Assembly (NCBI GenBank): GCA_973895155.1
Contig: OZ316895.1
Span: 24,247,538-24,311,537, forward strand
DNA from: Marsupella aquatica
Lineage: Eukaryota; Plantae; Marchantiophyta
Direction of reading: 5' to 3'
DNA: 64,000 bases
Positions 13,991 to 24,705 of this stretch are shown piece after piece. Below the pieces are notes generated by a model. The model saw only the letters and a program-made list of their open reading frames with translations. It made no database searches and was not told the origin of the DNA. The first letter of the stretch is position 1. The number at the start of each line of letters is the position of its first letter. Position numbers and translations under genes: made by a program.

Positions 13991-14118
13991 AAGGACTCAT
14001 AGTCGATGCTTTTGAAAACAAGGACTCATAGTCGATGCTTTTGAAAACAAGGACTCATAGTCGATGCTTTTGAAAACAAGGACTAAAGTGGGCAAGGACT
14101 CACAGTCGATGTTTGAAA
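13991..14118. repeat. 29-bp tandem repeat, 3 copies plus partial copies
   Basis: AAGGACTCATAGTCGATGCTTTTGAAAAC at 13991, 14020, 14049. Confidence 0.9.
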
Positions 14119-14228
14119 TTGATCGCGGATTTTTTTCTAAGCACAAGTTAGGCTTGAATTGTCTTGGGACGGGCACGCACCAACAGCAAAGGGCTTAGGG
14201 GTTAGGGATGGCTATGGTGGTCAATTAC

Positions 14229-15100
14229 TCATCGAAGGAGCTTGCGCCATACACACGCAATGTGAGAGCTGAGTTGTTGGGGATGGGGCATAGTTGGATA
14301 GTTGAAGCTTTGGATCGGGAGTTGATGATTATCGTGGAAGTTTGATTTACAGCAATGCATCTTGGAGATTGCCCATAGGAGGAGCGCTATGATTGAAGCG
14401 TTGGTGGACCTCGGGCATTTGTTGAGCTTTGCCATGGTGCTTGCAGGATCAAATGGGTAGGCAAGTTTAGAAGTATTGGCCTAGTACCAGGTAGAATCTG
14501 AATGCTTAGATGCTCCGCATCCCGCTCAATACCTCCCAAGTTATGTCTAGTACTTGATGCGGTGCCTGACATTGGATGGCCAGTCTTGCTGAAGTCCACG
14601 ATGCCCTAGCAAGAGAGAGATCAGAAAGGCAAAACCTTAGCAGACGCAAGTCCTATTAGGCAGCAACGGATCACCCATGGACAATCAATTGCACATGGTG
14701 GTAATAGTAACGATGTGGCTGGACAGGGTTTGTTGGAAGATGCGCAAAACAAATGCCAGCAAATGATTTCATCTGCTGAGAATGAAGCAAGTAGAATTCG
14801 TGCGGAGGCGGGTGCGGAGGCTTCCCAAGACTGAGGCTGTCAACATCATAGTGAATGCAAGTACACAAGCTACTAGCATCCTAGCTACACAATTACAATG
14901 TGACAAATTGATACAAAGAAGACACACTCTCCGCAATCGCATAGGGCGTCAAGAAGCACGTCTTTGGTCCTTAGATGGGCAACTTCTCGGTGAGAGCATG
15001 CATGGCCAAACTTCAGAGTTGCAGCGGGAGAGTTCAGCTTCGAGGCAAGCAAGCTGTCAATCCTCTGCTTCAACAGAATTTAGAGCATGAGATGCTCAAA
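14229..15100 (-). pseudogene. Possible heavily decayed Harbinger-type transposase
   Basis: Only weak fragments (LKFGHACSHREVAHL; HLPTNPVQPHRYYY), convergent with the Myb-like gene; no intact catalytic motif. Confidence 0.25.
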
Positions 15101-15774
15101 GGAAGCAAGCATCATACTGGAAGAAAAAGGGTAATACACGCACAGAGGCTTGGCAATGTGGGTCTGCTGGTGATTTAGAAGATGAATTGAATTCCAATAG
15201 GAGAACATGAAGTGTTCAGTCTTAGGTGTCTGTGGCGGTGACATCCATCTTGAGTAGATTGGACAAATTTAATTTTTCTGCAAGGAAGCTATTTTTCACT
15301 AAGTTTATGCTCCATCCTTCCTTGAAGAAGTACCTCCCTGCAGTTTTTGGCACTCGTCGGAGAGATGTAGCGATACTTGCTGCAGTTGCTGACCTAAAGA
15401 ATTGCTTGCAAAAAGTGAAGACTGCAAAGCGGAAAGACCATCTGGGTGCAAAGCAGATCTTGACAGTTGCATTGGCAGGCCAGGCCACAGTAGTGAATAG
15501 GTATCAGACTTCAATGGTTGGGGCTTTGGGTATCAAACAGCAAATCATATATAAAGCTTCAAGAAGGAGGAAGTCCATAGATTCCGATTGTTCGATAAGG
15601 TTTCCAATGGGGGAAAGGAAAGTGAGAAGCGACAAAATTTCAGCTGAAGTCCGAAGAATTGTGGAAAAGTTTTGGGAATCAAATACTCGAATCTCTCCTT
15701 GCGCCAAGGACAAGGCTAGACTAAGATTGAGTGTAAATATCAGCCTATTCATTAAAAGTGTATTATTATTTGAT

Positions 15775-16105
15775 TTATGTACATTTGGGCAGTGAAAAGT
15801 GTACTTTTGGGCTTGGAAAAGTGTACATTTGGCCAATGAAAAGTGTACATTTGGGGATAGAAAAGTTTACAATTGGCCTAAAGAGTGTACATTTGGGCAA
15901 TGAAAAGTGTAAATTTGAACATCAAAATAGATACATTTGGCTTTAAAAGTGTACATTTGAGTACATTTGGCCTAGAAAGTGTACATTTGAGTGCAAAATG
16001 CATACATTTGGCTTAACAAGTGTACATTTAAGTGCATTTGGTCTAGAAAGTGTAACTTTTAGTGCAATAAAGTGTACATTTGGCCTAAAAAGTGTACATT
16101 TGCCT
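15775..16105. repeat. Subterminal array of AAAGTGTACATTT(GG) motifs
   Basis: More than ten degenerate copies inside the left TIR; the same motif occurs at 28668-28750 and at both ends of copy 2. Confidence 0.85.
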
Positions 16106-16353
16106 ACCAACTCTTATTATAATCATTTAAAAGAAAGGAATGAATAGAAAAACATTTTTAATTATGTAGAAAAAGCAAACATTCATATTTATAATGATCA
16201 AAAGTTTAGAAAATGAGGAGATAGTATCACATTAAAACTATTAGAATAGTAAATAACTAGTACATAAATTACTATGTTTGAATGAGTGACTATCTTAGTT
16301 ACATAAAAACTAGTAACTATCTATTTAATTATTATAGCTTCTAACAACTAAGT

Positions 16354-19300
16354 CTACTTGTCCATCCTTTGAAGATAATTTTGGACAGTTTGTAGAACAT
16401 TTCGAGGGATCTTCAAACCTCTGCCTGCCATGTTTTCTTCTTTCATTCCAGATTTAAAACCATACATTGCAGAATTTGCATACTGCCAATGTTGAGTATT
16501 CTCACCAAACCCTGGATCTCGTTCCCATGTCTTAGTGGACATGAAACAATTTAGATACCGCGCACTCTCAGTCACATCAAGTTTACTAGAGTGTTTAGGC
16601 CTCCACCATTCAACTGGGAACATTGGAGCGTACTGTCGAGGCAGAGAAGGGTTTGTTGAAGATGTAGTTGGGACTTCATGCTTTGGGTCCACCAAACCCA
16701 AAGCTCTCACCAACCAGAAATGACCTCCACCATTTTTATTCTCCCAGTCATCCTCGGGTCGAAGAAATACAAAGTTTCCTTCACAAATATCTTGTAAAGG
16801 AATCCATCGTCCTTGTTCTCTCTCAGCTCGAGATCCAACAAATGGTGCTGCCTGATCTTCCATCTCTTCCAAGACCTCATTTTGAAGAGCCGTCATCTCT
16901 GCATTCTCCTCATCTTCACTTGGAGGACCACTTTGTTCCGGTTGGTTGACCTTGTAACCAGTGCCGTGGTTAGTCTTAGGCCAAAATCTGTTTTCCAAGG
17001 GAAATTGAGTACTTCCCTCCCCTTCTAGTGCGAGCCCATTTGTCAACAACTCCACAATTCTCTCCCAATATTTCACAAGAGGAAATCTTTCCTTATATGC
17101 TATAGATGTCTCATCAGTGCAACTCCTTCTCAAAAAATCAAGGTACTTGTTAAGAAATGGGATAATCTCTTCAGATTTTTTGTGTATCTCTCCAATGGAT
17201 TTAGCTAAGGGCTCTCCACTTGGTAAAAGAAGAGAATTTGTTGTCAGATCTGTTGCCCAAATGCACCTTCCACCAAGTGGAGCCCAAGCTTGCTTTACAT
17301 GGGACTTATACTGAAATATTGGTACATTATCTCTCATAGAGAAAAGAAATGATACAGGTTTTGAGTGACCTTGAATATCTTTCACCTTGAAAGTTTGAAG
17401 ATATTCTTTGTAAGATGCAACTTCTTGTATCAATCTGGGAACTGGATGAATGCTCTCGCATTCCCATACCTCTGCCATAAGAGCAAGGAGGGTTGCAACT
17501 TCTTTGTGCTGAACTTGATATGATACCTTTGAAAAGAGTGCATCAACATCTTCATGCGTATGACCAACCATTAGAAAAGACATTTGAACAGTTTCAAATA
17601 CTCCTCTACTCACAAGCTCGCTACAAAATGCCATGACAGTCTGGTTTTTGTTGTCCTTTGCTGAATTATCCATCTGCAATGTTAGGTGCCTTGGCAAGGG
17701 CTTGAACGATGGACTGCCTTGCTCTCCTTGCATGTCTTCTCCATCATCCTCATCTTGCTGGTTTGGGACGGTCTCAGTCCGACTCTCAGCTCCATCTTCA
17801 GAACCAATATACCTATTCACCGGTATATTCTTTGGTTCCAAATAACCCGTAAAAAATGCTTCAAAGTCAAGTAGGGCTTGAAAGAAAGGTCTGTGAGGTT
17901 CCCAATGAAGGCCATCCAACATGTCACCTGTCTTGTCTCCATTGTACTCTTCAAGGTCTCGAAGACACTTAGCCAAGGATGTCACCGTGAAATCGGCATC
18001 TCCTGGCCAAAGGCCAGTGACACTAAAGTGTGCATAAACTCCTGGATCCCTCCCGTGGGTCAACATCCCTGTGAGAGCAATAGGTAGCGGCATTCCATGA
18101 CCCGAAAGAGATTTAGGAGTACTAACCATTTTTGGAATCCATGTCTTTGCTTGATCCATCTTGTCGTGAATAATGCAAAGATATTCTCCTGGGTGTTGTT
18201 TGGCCATCACTCGATGAGCGTAGTAAACATATCTACGTGACATTTGCTCACGAAGATGTTGCGCTCGTTTTTCTTCAATTTCAGCACGTTCTTTTTTCCT
18301 TCTTTCTCGCATCAAACTGTCTTTGTATTCACAACAAAGAGTACACTTGGCAAATGCACCATCTTTATGAAAACTGAAGTTTGCAAATGAGTTACTCCAG
18401 ATCTTGTAGAGAGTATTCTCTGTGACAGGAGGAAGCCCTTCTTCCTTCATCTTTGTTCTCACATCTTCCAGAATCTCTAGCTTTTTGTAACACGCCGGAA
18501 GACGGTACTCAATAGAGTCTGTCCCATGTGCCCCTCCATAAGGCATATGAGGCATGGGCTCTGCATTTCGAGTCAAAAAAGCCTCCAACAGAGCTCGTGC
18601 ATGCAAGGTATTTGCCCTTGTTTTCATCAAGCCCGTATTGCCATGGAACCCAATTTTGCAACCCTCCACATATCTCCTTTTGTAATCATAATATTTGGTG
18701 TGGCTAAAACCGTGGATAATTGCAAATGCATGTCTGCATACGACCATACCCTTAAGAACATGGTGTCCCTTATCACGAACATCATCCTCTCTATAGTGAA
18801 AGAGGTTGAAAATATGTGACGTTTTTGACTCGCTTGACATCCCATGAAATTCCATCCTAATATCTTCGATGTTTTCCCTTGGCATAATGAGACAACATTT
18901 TTGCTTGCAACAATTTTCTCTTTTCACGTCATCAATTGACGCCTCTGTTGTTTTTGAAATTGCCTTGGTTTCCAACAACCTCCTCTTCTTTTCATTTGGA
19001 TCTACTTGATTCCTCTTGTTAAAATTGTAGGGCCTTGAACGCAGTACTCCTCTATCACTTACATCCGCATTGAGTTCATCCCTATCCATTGAGTCCATCC
19101 TTTCAGAACCTTCCACCAAAATATCTGACAAAAATTTTCCATTTGCAACTAGTTTTGTTGAATCAATCCGCCATCGAATCAAACTCACTACTCCCTTGTG
19201 GATGTTGGGAAAGTATTGTGCTGCCACGACATCTTTCACAGCAATCCCAACATGGTCATCACCAAGAATTTCATCATCAACTGCCGCCATCACTTGAGGG

Positions 19301-20115
19301 GCAGTGATCGTTCCCGTGGCAACCATTTTGGTTCGATCCAAACCAGTGTAGAGTTCAACCAACTCTGACATCCAGTTTGCCCGATGAAAATAGTCACACT
19401 TAGTGTCTGTGGTGTTTTCCGAACAAGACTGTGAAACAAAATCCGCCTTGTCCTTCTGCTTCTTAGAGGAAGATTTGTTGCTCCCATCGATATCAACATT
19501 CCATACTTTATTGTGGACGTCAGCCACATCCCATAGAACCCAGGAGCCCTTTGCCTCTTCAATTGTTGCAGCTCCACCATGTGCGTAAGGTAAAGTCTTA
19601 CTACCATGAATCACATCTGTGATTTTTACACTAACCCGAGACTCACCGAGTAATATGTTATGACATCTCTCCATTGGATCAGTGTTGAAAACAACTCCAA
19701 AGGCCACACAATGGCCAGAGATAAACATTTCAACCTCATCACCTGGCCTTAGGGTGGTCGAAGCATCCTCCTGTACATTTGCAGAATTATGGATGTTGTT
19801 ATCTTTTCGAGTCGAACAACTACCAATACTGATGCGTTTTTGAGTAATCTTATCCGCAGATCGATATGCACATGACATATCCCAAATGACACATGAGTCA
19901 ATGGCATCATGAAGATTTTCCGCCCTAGGCATTGGAAAAGGGAGCTTCCTGGTCTCACCAAAGGCCTTCTCAATGAGAACCCCAATTCGATTCTCTCCCT
20001 GCACAATATTTTGAACACTCTCTTGCGGATCTGTCTTTTGAACTGTCCCATTTCCAACGTCGTAACCATCCATTGTCAAGGTCACATCATCGCCCCTAGA
20101 AAACCTTTGAGACAT
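16354..20115 (-). CDS. Sola1-like DDE transposase (~1250 aa) with three N-terminal TNP1/Transposase_23-like repeats; uninterrupted ORF
   Basis: CCxxxCC and CTLCC cysteine motifs; IIHDKMDQAK, LQMDNSAKDNKNQ, FLMVGHTHEDVDALFS. Met of MSQRFSRG is conserved in copy 2 (MTGRFSRG). Confidence 0.88.
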   Translation of the reverse strand: MSQRFSRGDDVTLTMDGYDVGNGTVQKTDPQESVQNIVQGENRIGVLIEKAFGETRKLPFPMPRAENLHDAIDSCVIWDMSCAYRSADKITQKRISIGSCSTRKDNNIHNSANVQEDASTTLRPGDEVEMFISGHCVAFGVVFNTDPMERCHNILLGESRVSVKITDVIHGSKTLPYAHGGAATIEEAKGSWVLWDVADVHNKVWNVDIDGSNKSSSKKQKDKADFVSQSCSENTTDTKCDYFHRANWMSELVELYTGLDRTKMVATGTITAPQVMAAVDDEILGDDHVGIAVKDVVAAQYFPNIHKGVVSLIRWRIDSTKLVANGKFLSDILVEGSERMDSMDRDELNADVSDRGVLRSRPYNFNKRNQVDPNEKKRRLLETKAISKTTEASIDDVKRENCCKQKCCLIMPRENIEDIRMEFHGMSSESKTSHIFNLFHYREDDVRDKGHHVLKGMVVCRHAFAIIHGFSHTKYYDYKRRYVEGCKIGFHGNTGLMKTRANTLHARALLEAFLTRNAEPMPHMPYGGAHGTDSIEYRLPACYKKLEILEDVRTKMKEEGLPPVTENTLYKIWSNSFANFSFHKDGAFAKCTLCCEYKDSLMRERRKKERAEIEEKRAQHLREQMSRRYVYYAHRVMAKQHPGEYLCIIHDKMDQAKTWIPKMVSTPKSLSGHGMPLPIALTGMLTHGRDPGVYAHFSVTGLWPGDADFTVTSLAKCLRDLEEYNGDKTGDMLDGLHWEPHRPFFQALLDFEAFFTGYLEPKNIPVNRYIGSEDGAESRTETVPNQQDEDDGEDMQGEQGSPSFKPLPRHLTLQMDNSAKDNKNQTVMAFCSELVSRGVFETVQMSFLMVGHTHEDVDALFSKVSYQVQHKEVATLLALMAEVWECESIHPVPRLIQEVASYKEYLQTFKVKDIQGHSKPVSFLFSMRDNVPIFQYKSHVKQAWAPLGGRCIWATDLTTNSLLLPSGEPLAKSIGEIHKKSEEIIPFLNKYLDFLRRSCTDETSIAYKERFPLVKYWERIVELLTNGLALEGEGSTQFPLENRFWPKTNHGTGYKVNQPEQSGPPSEDEENAEMTALQNEVLEEMEDQAAPFVGSRAEREQGRWIPLQDICEGNFVFLRPEDDWENKNGGGHFWLVRALGLVDPKHEVPTTSSTNPSLPRQYAPMFPVEWWRPKHSSKLDVTESARYLNCFMSTKTWERDPGFGENTQHWQYANSAMYGFKSGMKEENMAGRGLKIPRNVLQTVQNYLQRMDK

Positions 20116-20169
20116 CCTTTTCCTATTATCCTGCACACTGAAAAAAATGGATTACAACCAAAGTCATGC

Positions 20170-20945
20170 AAATTTTGATTCAGACTGCGATCCTCAAAGT
20201 CTGGATTTGGACTACGATCCTTCAATTCCGGATTTGGACCGGGACCATCCAAGTCCGGATTTGGACTACGATCCTCTGATTCTGGATTTGGACTAGGACC
20301 ATCCGAGTCTGGATTTTGACCGGGACCATCCAAGTCCGGATTTGGACTGCAATCCTCTGAGTCTAGATTTGGACTACGATCCTCCGATTATGGATTTGGA
20401 TTGGGACCATCCGAGTCCGGATTTGGACTGGAATCCTCCGAGTCTAGATTTGGAGTACGATCCTCCGATTCTGGATTTGGACTGGGACCATCCCAATCCA
20501 AACTTGGACTCGGACCATCCCAATCCAAACTTGGACTCGGACCATCCAAGTCCAAACTTGGACTTGGACCATCCCAATCCAAAGTTGGACTCGGACCATC
20601 CTAATCCAAACTTGGACTCGGACCATCCCAATCCAAACTAGGACTTGGACCATCCAAGTCCAAACTTGGACTCGGACCATCCCAATCCAAAGTTGGACTT
20701 GAACCATCCTAATCCAAACTTGGACTCGGACCATCCCAATCCAAACTAGGACTTGGACCATCCAAGTCCAAACTTGGACTCGGACCATCCCAATCCAAAC
20801 TAGGACTTGGACCATCCAAGTTTAAACTTGGACTCGGACCATCCCAATCCAAAGTTGGACTCGGATGATCCCAATGCAAAGTTGGACTCGGATGATCCTA
20901 GTCCACATCTGAATCCAAACTTGGACTAGGACCATCCTAGACCAA
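20170..20945. repeat. Array of the palindromic motif TTGGAYTCGGA-CCA-TCC(C/G)ARTCCAA, mostly 27-bp units
   Basis: Unit TTGGACTCGGACCATCCCAATCCAAAC repeated many times; lies just upstream of the transposase splice acceptor. Confidence 0.92.
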
Positions 20946-21599
20946 CCCATAATGTAACGGGAGATAAACTTCAAACATTTTAAGCTAAGAAAATTCCAAA
21001 TTTAGGAAGACTCCGTATTTTACGGATCTCCCTATATGGTGTAGCCTAAAGTTTGCGTGGTCTTAAGGTAGACCCTAATGTCTACATACAGTTTCATGAA
21101 ATAATGAAACCTAGCCTTATATTTGAATGCGTTAACCTTATACTCACCTTAGTATTAAGATCTGGTAGAATATGAATATCACATCCAAGGGGGATACATT
21201 GTTGTCTGTAGATTGGTAAAAACTTTCCCAGAACCCTGAAATACAAGCTATATGCCACTAAATCTTGGGAGTAAAAAACAAACTGAACCCTAAACCACAC
21301 ATGTCTGTAAAAGATAAACTGAGAGGACCCCAAAAGTCAAGAAGCTGGCTAAGCTGACCCATTGAAGGTAAGTGGCTCAATACATAACACTTTAAGAGAA
21401 ACTCCGGATTACATGGAGCTTAGATTTGGGAAACTAGAACAAGAATGAGCTCCGAAGTGGGCGTCTCCCGAAATATACCCTTTGCTCGAGTCGGCTCAAA
21501 CGGAAATCGCGTGAAGATAAGGGTTGAGTACCCCTTCACCTTAGCTTGCGGCACACCTTATCTTCACGAGCCTAATTGCGCGGGGACTACCGTGCAAGG

Positions 21600-22007
21600 C
21601 TGTTAGGTAGGCAGGACATCAAGGAAGGAGGCCCGTATGCAGGGTGCGGGCAACGGGCCGTACGCAGGAGCAAGCCGTACGCACTATCAGGCCGTACGTA
21701 GGAGAAGGAGGCAACCGGCCGTACGCAGGCCGGGGTGAGGCAGGAGGGGGTAAAGGGACGGAGAGGTCCAGCCAGGACCTCATTCTCATTCTCACTCTTT
21801 CGCTCCTCACTCTGCTCACGCTCTCCACTCTCCGCCTCCGCTCTCTGCTCTTTGCCTTCACTCGCTCGCTCTCCTCGCTCTTTGCTCTTCGCTCTCTCTC
21901 CGCCTCCCCGCCTCTGCCTGCTTCCGCCTCCACCTCCATTCTTTTTCATTGCCCTAAATCGGACGCCTGCTAAGAAGCCACGTGTCACTCTGCCACGTGT
22001 CAGAAAG
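21600..22007. promoter_or_regulatory. Probable divergent promoter/leader: CT-rich tract and two GCCACGTGTC (G-box/ABRE-like) motifs
   Basis: Lies between head-to-head genes; CT-rich 21780-21945; GCCACGTGTCA at 21977 and 21992; equivalent tract and motif in copy 2 (40107-40270). Confidence 0.5.
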
Positions 22008-22169
22008 ATGGAAGCGAATCGCGTCCTTGTGAAGTCCTCCGTGGAAGCAACAGAGGAGTTTGACCTCTCCTCTATGAGCGACAGTGTAGAACTGGCACTT
22101 GAAGACTCCAAACAATTTCAATCAAGAATCCCTAGTAAGTATCCATCACCTATCCTCCCTAAGTCTTAG

Positions 22170-22512
22170 AGGACTGGGACCATCCGAGTCCAAAGTTGGA
22201 CTCGGATGATCCCAATCCAAACTTGGACTCGGACCATCCCAATCCAAACTTGGACTCAGATGATCCTAATCCAAACATGGACTCGGATGATCCCAATCCA
22301 AAGTTGGACTCGGATGATCCCAATCCAAAGTTGGACTCGGACCATCCCAATCCGAACTTGGACTCAGATGATCCTAATTCAAACGTGGACTCGGATGATC
22401 CCAATCCAAACTTGGACTCGGATGATCCTAATCCATCCAGGAGATTGAATCTCGATTGTAGGAGCAAGACTAAAACCATCTCAAGTTGGACTAGGACCAT
22501 CCTAATCCAACA
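22170..22512. repeat. 27-bp palindromic-unit array in intron 1 of the ParB/MTase-like gene
   Basis: About 10 units of TTGGACTCGGA(T/C)(G/C)ATCCCAATCCAAA. Confidence 0.9.
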
Positions 22513-24359
22513 AGAGTTATTCAAATGTTTTAAACTTAATAAGTCTAACATGGATGATGTTTTTATGATGCAGGGAGCGATCTTGTTGGTTTCAAACCCG
22601 CGATTGCACTGACCGACTGCCGGGACGGATTCTTACTAGATGAGAGATCCCCAGGCTTCTGATGGGGGCTTGAGTTCTCAAGAACCCCGCTTAATAATGA
22701 AGTGCCATCAAGCACGATTGAACCTGTTTTGACCTTAAAGTGCAGAGCAAATGATAGCCTGACTTTGGTTTGCGGACCTGTGGTCTCTGTTGGCATTGGA
22801 GGGAGAGGGATGAATTCGGTCATTCTGGAGATGCACGATAGGTCATGCTGGGTTAAAGTTAACCTTATGTCAAAGGCATACTCCTCAGAATTCAATGTCG
22901 AATGGCACGCAAGTGGTGAATTGAGCGTTTTGTCAATGGGATTTTTTCCAAAGACATATGACACAAAGAAGTTGGTCATCGGGGTAACTGGTATGCTTCC
23001 AGTCGACATTATGTATGGGTTTCAATATTTGAAACTCAACATGATGAAGCACCAAGGCAATTTCTCTTTTGCAACTACTTGGACGTTAAGCAATTTACTT
23101 GAGAAAGTTGGATTGTTATCGTTGGAGTCAGAGGAGCCTGGTGTTTTAATTGATAAGGATGTTGCATTTGATCCCAACTTTGATTTAGTCAAAGCAAAGC
23201 AATGGATAGAATCTTTGTCAAAGACGAGAAACCTTCCAACGGTGAATACAAACCCTGTGCCCGAGAAGGCGCCAGAGAAAGCTCCAGAACCTACAACAGA
23301 GACCGCGGGAACTACAGCAGCAACCTCTCAAAGAGCAGTGGGAAAACAAAAACAAAGCCAAAGGAAACCTCCGGTTGAAAAGAAACTTCCAGTTGAGAAG
23401 CTGGTTGAGAAGCCGAGTACGAGAAGCCGAGTTCAGAAGCCAGTTGAGAAGCCGAGTACGAGAAGCCAAGTTGAGAAGCCAGTTGAGAAGAAACGTCCGG
23501 TTGAGAAGCCAAGTGCAAGTGAAAAGAGGCCAAGACAAAAGAAGAAACAGAAAATTGACAGTGTCATCATGGATGACACTACAGAAAACCTGACAGTGCA
23601 TTCACAAGATATGGACGAGCAGTTGGACGCTCCTGAGGAGAAGAAGGTCTTAGAAGGTAATGAGGTACTACAACAAATGGAGCAATATTATACGTTTGGG
23701 ATCAATTCGATATTTTCTATTCCCGTAGAGAGTATTTTCCCTGCGTCGGCAAGACTCTGTTACAGAATGTTGAATGCAGACCATGTAAAGGAGGTGGCCA
23801 ATTCCATGATAAGAAATCCGGGGCATGAACCACACATAGCAGACTTGATTCCTTACACTACAAAACATAGAAACCTAATGCAATATGACAACACGGAATC
23901 AGATAGGAGGGACTTTGTAGCAACCGTGAAAAAGGGGGAGGTTCAATTCCTTGCCATTAGCGGTCAACATTCAGCCAGAGCAGCCAGATGGATTCGAGAA
24001 TGGGCAAACAAGGATGCCAAGCTAACAGCATTGGCAAAAAAGCTGGAATTTCGAAAGTCAAGAATATTATCTCATCGAACACCATCATCAATATTAGTTG
24101 AGCATTCAATGCGATCTAATGCTATCAATAGCACGATGGTGTTTCAGTCATGCTTCAAAGATACAGTCGTTCATGCTAGGCGGCAATTTGTGGAATGTGG
24201 AAAACCTAGTCGGCCAAAACATGGGGACAACAAAACAAACGCTCAAGACAATCAAAAATTTCAGGTATGAAGTGTTACTGCTTGATTGGTACAATACCGT
24301 AGACTCTCCATGTGTGATTACAATTGAGATGGTAGTCTTTGACCACAAAGCTTCAAGTT

Positions 24360-24705
24360 TGCTTTGGATTGAGATGGTCCGAGTCCAAATGGATACATTC
24401 ACATTCAGTAGAATATTTCCACTGATATCGTCTAGTTTTGTGTTGGACTGGGATGGTCCCAGTCCAAATGGATTCATGCACATTCAATAGACTATTTCCA
24501 CTGATATTGTCTAGTTTTGTGTTGGACTGGGATGGTCCCAGTCCAAATGGATTCATGCACATTCAGTAGAATATTTCTCCACTGATACCGTCTAGTTTTG
24601 TTTTGGATTGGGATGGTCCTAGTCCAAACTAAATCATGCACATTCAATATAATATTTCCACTGATACTGTCTACTTCTGTGTTGGACTGGGATGGTCTCA
24701 GTCCG
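24360..24705. repeat. ~80-bp tandem repeat with the same palindromic core, in intron 2
   Basis: TTGGACTGGGATGGTCCCAGTCCAA cores at ~24443, 24522, 24603, 24682 with related spacers. Confidence 0.85.

Noticed and set aside
12978-14021. Fragmented minus-strand ORFs
   Set aside because: Coding-like but with no motif I can assign; left uncalled.
16354-20136. Classification as CACTA/En-Spm because of TNP1-like repeats
   Set aside because: Termini are ATCA, TSD is 4 bp rather than 3, and the catalytic motifs are Sola1-like.
20082-22612. ORFs of LDSDHPNPN / GLGWSESKF repeats
   Set aside because: By-products of 27-bp units, open in several frames, located in inferred introns and not conserved in period between copies.
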